Part shown: one piece after another, positions 56,845 to 64,000 of the stretch
Position numbering within the stretch: position 1 is the first letter of the stretch
Layout of the letters: every line of letters begins with the position of its first letter
Assembly: GCA_963663035.1 (NCBI GenBank)
Contig: OY760074.1
Coordinates: 1,312,001-1,376,000, forward strand
Reading direction: 5' to 3'
Length of the DNA stretch: 64,000 nt
Origin: Acidobacteriota bacterium
Lineage (GTDB): Bacteria > Acidobacteriota > UBA6911 > RPQK01 > JADFOI01
Notes under the pieces: model-generated
Told to the model about the DNA's origin: nothing
Databases searched by the model: none
The model's input: only the letters and a program-made list of their open reading frames with translations
Program-made: the position numbers and the translations under genes

Positions 56845-58560
56845 TTAAAAGGCTCCGGAGGCCTCGTAAACGATCTTTCCTCCGACCACGGTCATATGCA
56901 CGGGCAAAGCGCTGAGTTCATCCTCCGGCCAGGTCATATAATCGGCTCCGAGTACCACCACGTCGCCCAGTTTACCCACCTCAATCGAGCCCAGGATATC
57001 CTGCTCGCCACTGTAGCGGGCCGACCACAGCGTGTACATATGGAGCGCCTCCTGCTTGGAGACCCGCTCGTCCGCATTCCAGACTCGGCCGTCATCCGAC
57101 TTTCGAGTGATGAAGGCCTGGAGCGATTCCATGCCTCCGCCGATCTCGATGCTGGGCTTGATCCCGGCATCGATAGCTGACTTGACTGGAGACATGTTAT
57201 ATACGGCGTCGGGGCCGTACATGTGAACCATCCACGCATTATCCCCGGCGAAAGCAGTGGAATACATAACCGGAGTTATGCCCATTTCCTTGATCATTTC
57301 AAAGTGGCGTTCCCGCAGCCCGGCCTGATGGTCGAATCCAAAGTGGCGGCCAGCCAGTGGTCTTTCCTCATTGGCTTCGGCAAAAGCCTCCAGCAGTATA
57401 TCGTCGCTGGCATCTCCCGCGCTGTGAAGGCCCAGGATGCTCCAACCGTAGCGGTTGGCCAGGATGATGTTTCGCCGATCACTGGTGGCGATGTCTCCGG
57501 TTGCCGCCCATTTGTTCCATCCGTAAGGACCATAGGCGTCACCTTCAGCCAGGTTGATTTTCGCGAAGGTTTGCAAATTCGAACCCGTACCTCCGGACCC
57601 GTCTACCACCTGCACGGTGGCTCCGATGATCTTCAGCCAATCGTCTCCAAAGTCTGTCAGGTTTCCGACCCGCTTCAGGTAAGCCTCGGGGCGTGGCTGA
57701 GAGCGCAGCATCTCGTGGGCCAGTCTGATGCGCACAGGAAGTGCCTTCTCTTTCCAGATCTCCCGCAGGATGGTGATGGTCTGACCTTGCCCTCTTCCCA
57801 TCACGGTGGTGATCCCGCGCGGGCCCCAGCGCTTCAGTTGTTCCCTTTCTCTGGCGACTGCGTCCTCAAAATCTGGGTGCCAGGGCATGAACTCATAGAG
57901 CACGATTCCGGCCGGACCACCTCTTAGCTGACCCGTGTAGTTGCCCTGCTCATCCTTGAGAATGCCAAACATCCCCTGCGCCTCTGGAAGGAGTCTGTTC
58001 AGCATCAGGCTGTTGACCACAACCTGATTGTTGGGACAGGTGACCACCAGCGGGTTGTTGGGGGAAGCGGCATCCAGCTGTGCCAGCGTCACATCTATGG
58101 TCATGGCGTGGTTGCTGGGTCCCCCCGACCAGATCTCCTCACCCGGAGCATATTTGGCCACCAGAGCCTTGATTTCCTCCAGACCGCTGGCCACGTCCTT
58201 GAACTGCAGCCTCTCGGTCCCGCTCTTTGAAGAATTGCCCACGTAGCCGTGTTGGTGGGTGGCAATCAGCCCGGGGATGAGGCTTCGACCCTCAAGATCC
58301 ACTTTTCTCGTCTGTGGACCTGCCATGGCTTCGATGGCCTGGCTGTCCCCAACGGCCAGAAACTTCCCGTCCCGGATCGCTACAGCTTCCCGTATGGAAA
58401 AACCCTCGTCGGCGGTAAGGACCTTGCCGTTGTAAAAGACGATGTCCGCATAGTGGATGACCTCCGACGGCAGGCTCTGGGCGGCCAGAAATGCGCTACA
58501 CATCCCCACCATCAAGCAGGCCAGAACACCCATTTCAAACTTCTTAAGCCACTGGTTCAT
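56845..58560 (-). CDS. secreted amidohydrolase 3 paralog 3
   Basis: Same motifs; near-identical to paralog 2. Confidence 0.88.
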   Translation of the reverse strand: MNQWLKKFEMGVLACLMVGMCSAFLAAQSLPSEVIHYADIVFYNGKVLTADEGFSIREAVAIRDGKFLAVGDSQAIEAMAGPQTRKVDLEGRSLIPGLIATHQHGYVGNSSKSGTERLQFKDVASGLEEIKALVAKYAPGEEIWSGGPSNHAMTIDVTLAQLDAASPNNPLVVTCPNNQVVVNSLMLNRLLPEAQGMFGILKDEQGNYTGQLRGGPAGIVLYEFMPWHPDFEDAVAREREQLKRWGPRGITTVMGRGQGQTITILREIWKEKALPVRIRLAHEMLRSQPRPEAYLKRVGNLTDFGDDWLKIIGATVQVVDGSGGTGSNLQTFAKINLAEGDAYGPYGWNKWAATGDIATSDRRNIILANRYGWSILGLHSAGDASDDILLEAFAEANEERPLAGRHFGFDHQAGLRERHFEMIKEMGITPVMYSTAFAGDNAWMVHMYGPDAVYNMSPVKSAIDAGIKPSIEIGGGMESLQAFITRKSDDGRVWNADERVSKQEALHMYTLWSARYSGEQDILGSIEVGKLGDVVVLGADYMTWPEDELSALPVHMTVVGGKIVYEASGAF

Positions 58561-58722
58561 TGGAAACCTCCTGTTTTTGTTGACTGTTCATTCGCTCTCC
58601 ACCTCTTGCGCAACAAGAGGGTGTGACAAATCGTTGCATAGAGCCTACCATTTAGCTTTCAGAATGCAAAGATAAGATTTAGCAAATTCCTATTGAAGTC
58701 CTGCCCTCAGATCCTGTCACAG

Positions 58723-58911
58723 ATGCATGCACATCCGGCAAGCGTGGGGGTTTTCCTGACGGACCTTAATGGCCGGTTCACCTATCCAGATGGCAGCTCG
58801 GAGGAAATTCAAGCCAAAGCCGATGACGCTGCCTGGTTCGATGCAGTAGAACACCTCCCGGAAAGTTTGAGCGATCAACCGCTAGAGATTCTCCTTATCG
58901 AGCTGAAGTAA
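58723..58911 (+). pseudogene. C-terminal remnant of a small cupin protein
   Basis: MHAHP..V.VFLTD...RFTYPDG..EE..KA...W..A.EH..E...QPLE.LLIELK; N-terminal part absent. Confidence 0.55.
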
Positions 58912-59029
58912 GGCTTGAGTGTCTCGTCCCGCATTATCCGGGCTAGACGCCTGATTGATGCGCCTCACCGACGAAGCGTGGCAAATCCTGGAAAAACCGG
59001 AGTAGCTGCCATAGGGAGATATTTGATTC

Positions 59030-59059
59030 TTGACATAAATATTACAAACTTGTAATAAT
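59030..59059 (+). promoter_or_regulatory. sigma70-like promoter with overlapping palindromic operator
   Basis: TTGACA at 59030; TATTACAA-AC-TTGTAATA at 59040-59057; TAATAAT -10-like. Confidence 0.65.
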
Positions 59060-59075
59060 ACTTTAGGTGGTTAAT

Positions 59076-59759
59076 ATGACTGGGATGCAACTTAGAAAAG
59101 CGCGGAAAGAAAAAGGCTGGAGCCAGCAACAGGCTTCTGCTCGTTTGGGTGTGTCTCAACCGTACCTGTCCTTGCTGGAAAGGAGGCAAAGACGCTTAAC
59201 TCCCCGCCTAGTAGCTCGTGCAACAGGCGTTTTCGATTTGCCTCTCACTTCATTGCCACTGAAGCCGGTTGGCTCGCAGACTCACACACTACAACAGGTG
59301 GCAGAAGAATTGTCTGCTTTGGGGTATCCAGGTTTTGCATACATGCGAACGAGAAAGAGACGTAACCCGGCTGAGGCTTTGGTTGCGGCGCTCAAACAAG
59401 AGAATTTAGAAGCTCGGCTCGCGGAGGCACTTCCTTGGGTTCTTCTCAATTACCCGAACCTTGCTTGGAAATGGCTTCTGGACCAAGCTCGACTACACAA
59501 TCTTCAGAATCGACTGGGCTTCTTGGTTTCCATGGCCCGAACGAAGCTAGAGGAAAAGGGCGAATTGCAGAGCCGTCGTTATAGAACTTTGTGCTACGCC
59601 GAAGAACAGCTGGAAAGCAGCCGTCTTGCACAGGAAGATGCTTTTGGTGAAGCGGCTCTGACTGCTCGGGAACGCGAATGGCTGCGTGAACACCGCCCTG
59701 CATTGGCAGCACGTTGGAATTTACTCTCAGATCTAAGTCCGGAACACCTTCCCTACTGA
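59076..59759 (+). CDS. XRE-family HTH protein with helical C-terminal domain (antitoxin-like)
   Basis: LRKARKEKGWSQQQASARLGVSQPYLSLLE; NPAE..EALPW..LQNRLGFL. Confidence 0.75.
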   Translation: MTGMQLRKARKEKGWSQQQASARLGVSQPYLSLLERRQRRLTPRLVARATGVFDLPLTSLPLKPVGSQTHTLQQVAEELSALGYPGFAYMRTRKRRNPAEALVAALKQENLEARLAEALPWVLLNYPNLAWKWLLDQARLHNLQNRLGFLVSMARTKLEEKGELQSRRYRTLCYAEEQLESSRLAQEDAFGEAALTAREREWLREHRPALAARWNLLSDLSPEHLPY

Positions 59760-61687
59760 CGGAACCTCGATTGAGCGGCCACTTCCTCATCTGAAAAATC
59801 GTAGGCAGGTCCAATCCGTGCCATGCCAAACTCATTCGCCAGGGATTCCTGCAACTGGATAATCTCGCCGCCCACCAGCGTCATGGGTACACGAATTTTC
59901 AAAATGTCATCGACCGGAACGGTAAAATAGTCACGGTCCAGGACCACCAGATCTGCGTATTTGCCCACTTCCAGCGTGCCCAGTTCGTCTTCTTTGAGCA
60001 CGTATTCGGATGCCCAGGATGTCCACATCTTCAGGGCATGCACTCGGTCAATTCGCTCGTCGGGTTGGTAGACGACCCCACCTTCTCTGCGAGTCACCGA
60101 TTGCCACTGCATGTTAAACGGTGGCGTACCCCCATGATGCTGGCCGACCAGCTTCACACCCGAATCAATCCAGGTCTTAAAGGGGATAATGAAAGGCTCT
60201 ATCTGGGGGCCATAATCGGCGATCCAGTCTGCTGCCTCGCGGAGATAGTTGATGCCGCAGCTCAGGATGATTCCATAGTCTGTCAGCCTCTGAATGATGT
60301 CCGGTTGCTGTCCGATCAGATTGCAGTGCTCACCGGTCAGCTTCATGTCACGCACCTGCTGCATCGACCAGCCGTTGACTTCGCGGGCCCGATCGATCAT
60401 TTGAGTAAAGGCTCGCACACTTTGGCTGCCGCAGATGTGCACTCCCGCCAGACGCCAGCCGGCGGCAGCGGCATTTTCAAGTGTATCCCAGGGCAGTTCC
60501 CCCGGTACCGGGCAGACCTCTCGAGACTTGATATTGGGTGGGGCGATGGTATCGGGTCCCGTGCACGATTCCGGGTATATCGAATCCCAGCGCTCTGAGG
60601 CCACTCCGTCAATCCACAGGTGATCGTCTCCAATTCCCTGCAGCACCCCGGTCCGCCGATAAATCTGACGGGTCTGCTGGGGATCGGTGGGCATGCGGTG
60701 GATTTCATAGTGAGCTGCGAAACGAATCGGCAGTTGGTCCAATCCGGCAAGAGTGGCATATCCACTCATGATCTTGGGGAACTGAACGCGGCTTGAAAAA
60801 GTGGTGATTCCTTTGGTGGTGGCCTCTTCCGAAATGATCCTGATGGCTTCGGCCAGAGTGGCCAGAGGCAGTTTTTCCAGAAACAGCTCCCAGGTGATCA
60901 CGGACATCTCCTGGCTGCCCACCCATCCGATTTCGGCAATGTCCTCTCCAATCACGTCCCCGTGCATGGTCTCGTGGATGGATTCGGAGTATCCGGGCAG
61001 AAACTCATTCATAATCTCCAGCGCCTGGGAGTTGACCCAGCCCCGCGGGCCGGGTCGTATCAGAACGGGATTATCAGGAGTCCACAAGTCCAGCGTCCTG
61101 CGATTGGTGATGCGTCGCGTAAACCCCCAGAAGCTCGCCTCGCCTGGCGCTTCAGGATTACCCTGAATACTGAGCACCAGCCATTCGCCCGGGTCCACCT
61201 CCTGGACCGCATCCTGGAGTGTCTCCCGCATGATGGCCTGTGTTTTCTCCAGGTCCCGATCTGCCTGCATGGAGAGAAAGCTTACGCCCTCGGGAGGATA
61301 CTTGAAGCCTAACCGGTCCAGATGTCGGGTTGCACCTCCGTACATGTGGCTGTGTGTCTCGATTATGCCGGGAATCAGAGTCCTCCCATTCAGATCAAAA
61401 GTCCGAGTGTCGGGTCCCGCCACCGTCCGGACCTGCTGGTTGGTCCCCAGCTTCATGATCTTCTCGCCTTTGACGGCTATGGCCTGATAGGTGTTCCCCA
61501 CACTGGTGGAACGGGACTTATCGTCCATGCTCACCACCTTGCCGTTGACAAAGATCGTGTCTGCATATCCCGATTGGGCTACTTCTGGAGCCAACTGACC
61601 GAAGGCACTGGTGAGCTGGAAAAGAAGCAGCAGGGCCAGAGCTGGCCAGGCAGCTGGATATTTACTGATCAATTGATAGTCCCTCAT
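59753..61687 (-). CDS. secreted amidohydrolase 3 family protein
   Basis: NGKVVSMD, PGIIETHSH, HICGS, GEHC, GTLEVGKYADLVVLD; GGAGG before ATG 61687. Confidence 0.88.
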   Translation of the reverse strand: MRDYQLISKYPAAWPALALLLLFQLTSAFGQLAPEVAQSGYADTIFVNGKVVSMDDKSRSTSVGNTYQAIAVKGEKIMKLGTNQQVRTVAGPDTRTFDLNGRTLIPGIIETHSHMYGGATRHLDRLGFKYPPEGVSFLSMQADRDLEKTQAIMRETLQDAVQEVDPGEWLVLSIQGNPEAPGEASFWGFTRRITNRRTLDLWTPDNPVLIRPGPRGWVNSQALEIMNEFLPGYSESIHETMHGDVIGEDIAEIGWVGSQEMSVITWELFLEKLPLATLAEAIRIISEEATTKGITTFSSRVQFPKIMSGYATLAGLDQLPIRFAAHYEIHRMPTDPQQTRQIYRRTGVLQGIGDDHLWIDGVASERWDSIYPESCTGPDTIAPPNIKSREVCPVPGELPWDTLENAAAAGWRLAGVHICGSQSVRAFTQMIDRAREVNGWSMQQVRDMKLTGEHCNLIGQQPDIIQRLTDYGIILSCGINYLREAADWIADYGPQIEPFIIPFKTWIDSGVKLVGQHHGGTPPFNMQWQSVTRREGGVVYQPDERIDRVHALKMWTSWASEYVLKEDELGTLEVGKYADLVVLDRDYFTVPVDDILKIRVPMTLVGGEIIQLQESLANEFGMARIGPAYDFSDEEVAAQSRFRQ

Positions 61688-61828
61688 GGTTCCTCCCTTG
61701 GTCTTGATGCGGTTGAAAAGGCGATACCTAATCTCAAACTCCTGACTGCAACTGTGCTCAATGGTACGCCTGGCTGTGCTGAAAGGCAATGGAAAAGAGC
61801 TTCCTATTCCCATGTGCACCCGGGATCT

Positions 61829-62560
61829 TTATCCATGGCTGGGCGGGTGTTCTTTCCAATATTCCATGGCCCGCTCCCAGTCGGCCACAGCCTTGGGCCC
61901 GTTGGTATGGAGGTGGGCCACAAATTGATCCCACATGCGAGGCCGAAATCCCAGGAACTCGCAATAATTGGGGCCTACTTTTCGGTTAGCCTGGCGCATC
62001 TCCCTGCGTTTTATCTGATACTCCAAGATAATTCTTAAGGTGTCGCCATCCGTCCAGTCCGCTTTGAACCAGATAAAACGTCTGCCCTTCCCTATGAGAT
62101 ACAGCATGTCGGGAAGGGCTCCATAGGCCCGGTGTGCAGCTCCCTCCAGACTGTCAACGAGGATGGGTCGCTGGATAGCAAATTGAGACTGAAAAGCTCT
62201 CGCTTGATCCAGCTTCTGCTCGAATCGGGTGTGATGGGGTCGGAGTTCTCCCGGATGTGCCTCCCGGGTATAGACAAACACGAATTCGAATCCTTTGTCC
62301 CGGTAATCGCTGGCAAGTTTCTCCATAGCCGGCCCGGCTATGCCACAAAACGGTCAGGTTAAGCTTCCAAATTCAAGAACGACATTGGAATGGACCGTAA
62401 GATCTGACAATCTCACTTTCTTCCCATCCTCAAGACGCGTGGCCTCAAAGTCCGGTGCTTCTGTACCAACCTTCAGCGTCTGCTGAAATCTTGAAAAATC
62501 TCTCTCTTCTTCCTCACCGGGAAGATAACCCTCGTAGTTGTATGGAAGATCCTGAGTCAT
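61829..62560 (-). CDS. deiodinase-like thioredoxin-fold selenoprotein (243 aa, Sec69, UPFC)
   Basis: ORFs 62354..62560 and 61829..62326 are in frame across a single TGA: APDF...VLEFGSLT-U-PFCGIAGPAMEKL...FVFVYTREAHPGE. Confidence 0.88.
62324..62342 (-). promoter_or_regulatory. putative bacterial SECIS hairpin
   Basis: CAUAGCC(G)-GGC-(C)GGCUAUG stem with G-containing loop starting 11 nt after the UGA. Confidence 0.75.
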
Positions 62561-63101
62561 GATACTGATGAGATTTTACGCTCGGAGCCGCGGAGAAGGC
62601 AATGTGAGATACTTATATCCGCTGATGATTCTTCCATCCAAGCGGATTTCTTGGCTTCTTTGCACCTGGCTTTTCCTGTTGCCATATTGCCGGAGTATGA
62701 AAGAAGCGACGATCGAGAACCTGCAAACCGAAAGCACACTGACTGATTATCAGATGATCTCCCTGACAGGTCGAAGAGATGGTGATCGTCTGCCCGTCCG
62801 ACTCGTTTTTGAAGCCTCCTCTTCGAACTTACGGATGGACTTGCTCTTTCGCATTGGTGTTCCGACCCGTCTGGAGTCTGGTCAGTATCATTGGGAACGG
62901 CAGGATGAAGTTCTGGAGGGACTGGTTCGAGCCAGCTCTGTGACCTTCCTGGGAGGACAGTCCGAGAATCCCAATCTGGGTGGCGTCTTCCAACTTTTCT
63001 CAGCCAGCGGTGTTCCCAGCTATAAAGTCACACTCCCAACCAGCGAGGTGACACGGTCCCGCACACGACCCGGCACTCCATTGGTGGTTCCGTCGCACTG
63101 A
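62559..63101 (+). CDS. hypothetical exported protein (start probably about 62625)
   Basis: Hydrophobic N-region with Cys; beta-rich; FLGGQ. Confidence 0.55.
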   Translation: MILMRFYARSRGEGNVRYLYPLMILPSKRISWLLCTWLFLLPYCRSMKEATIENLQTESTLTDYQMISLTGRRDGDRLPVRLVFEASSSNLRMDLLFRIGVPTRLESGQYHWERQDEVLEGLVRASSVTFLGGQSENPNLGGVFQLFSASGVPSYKVTLPTSEVTRSRTRPGTPLVVPSH

Positions 63102-63235
63102 CTGCTGTCGCCTGGAGCTAGCCCGCATTCCCTCAATCATCACGAATTTAAAAGCCGGTAAGGCTCCTCCCTCAGGTTGCGACAAGCTTTTGAAAGGCGC
63201 ATAATCGCCTCCAAAGAAAAGGGGAGCAATCGACA

Positions 63236-64000
63236 ATGCTGGGTAAAAACGCTATCCGATTCGTGACACTACTGATCGCTTTCCTGCTGGGGACTCCCCT
63301 TCTGGCGCTGGCCCAACAGCCAGGAGCCAGGGAGGACTCGCCCACTGAAGGGACCGGGGAAGCACTGGTGCGCACCCTATGCACCTCCTGTCATTCCGTG
63401 GAGAGGGCCGTGCCTGAGGGAAGAAGCCGCCAGGAATGGAACAGAACGGTCCAGGATATGCTTTCTCGAGGAGCCCAGATTCTCAGCGCAGACGCAGAAG
63501 CCATCATCAACTTTCTGGCTGAGCGCTACCCGGTTGGGGCTGGGCCTATGCTGGAGCAGCGGCTGATGGTCTGGGTCGATCACCAGGGAAATGTGGAACC
63601 GCTGGCAGCACCTCCTCGAAGCTACATGCGGCCGCGACTCTCACCCGACGGCACCCAAGTGGCCGTGGAGGTCTTGTTGGACAAACGCGACATCTGGATC
63701 TTTGACATCCCCACCGGTGAGCTGCGGCGATTGACCTTTGAGGGGAGCAATCGGTCCGTCCTCTGGAGTCCCGACGGCCAGCGGGTGCTGTTTGGCTCCG
63801 ACCGGCACCAGTCCCCTGAAGGAGGACGCTCCTTCCGTGACGATCATGAGGCTTACTGGATGCCAGTCGATGGGAGTGGGGAAGCTGAGCGTCTGACCCA
63901 TGCCGAACTCAATCACGGACCTCAACGGTGGACTCCCGATGGCAAGACGCTCTCTTTCTATGAGATTCACCCCGAGACCGGCCGCGATATCTGGATGCTC
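63236..64000 (+). CDS. cytochrome c fused to TolB/PD40 beta-propeller (runs off window)
   Basis: Translated by eye: MLGKNAIRF..LALA-Q, CTSCH..W..TVQDM, then PRLSPDG, DIW, LWSPDGQR, RWTPDGK; absent from ORF track. Confidence 0.8.
   Translation, partial: MLGKNAIRFVTLLIAFLLGTPLLALAQQPGAREDSPTEGTGEALVRTLCTSCHSVERAVPEGRSRQEWNRTVQDMLSRGAQILSADAEAIINFLAERYPVGAGPMLEQRLMVWVDHQGNVEPLAAPPRSYMRPRLSPDGTQVAVEVLLDKRDIWIFDIPTGELRRLTFEGSNRSVLWSPDGQRVLFGSDRHQSPEGGRSFRDDHEAYWMPVDGSGEAERLTHAELNHGPQRWTPDGKTLSFYEIHPETGRDIWML

Overview
Bacterial chromosomal window with the hallmarks of an Acidobacteriota-like diderm: Acidobacterial VWA proteins, an Oar-like TonB barrel, ankyrin/SYLF/cohesin proteins and many signal peptides. 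This taxonomy is inferred from gene families only. Recognisable modules are an asparaginase-like enzyme, a PQQ propeller plus cupredoxin pair, a PhnCE-type ABC transporter under a selenium-metabolism-type LysR, a CpxRA/Spy envelope-stress module, a VWA-TonB-VWA operon, an oleABCD-like cluster, ppdK, pyrD-pyrE, a GMC/Tat/cytochrome c dehydrogenase, an IS256 element interrupting a beta-barrel gene and five secreted amidohydrolase-3 paralogs. The strongest signals that the ORF track misses or obscures are: (1) a split ORF that is one deiodinase-like selenoprotein (UPFC motif, hairpin 11 nt after the UGA) directly upstream of an amidohydrolase; (2) an 849-aa tandem-duplicated FBP aldolase/phosphatase with one degenerate half, in an operon with ppdK; (3) a family of palindromic intergenic elements whose terminal stems covary between copies; (4) CpxR-type boxes upstream of the VWA-TonB operon; (5) a cytochrome c/TolB-propeller fusion at the window end. 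No rRNA, tRNA or CRISPR array was seen. All family assignments come from motif recognition by eye, not database searches.
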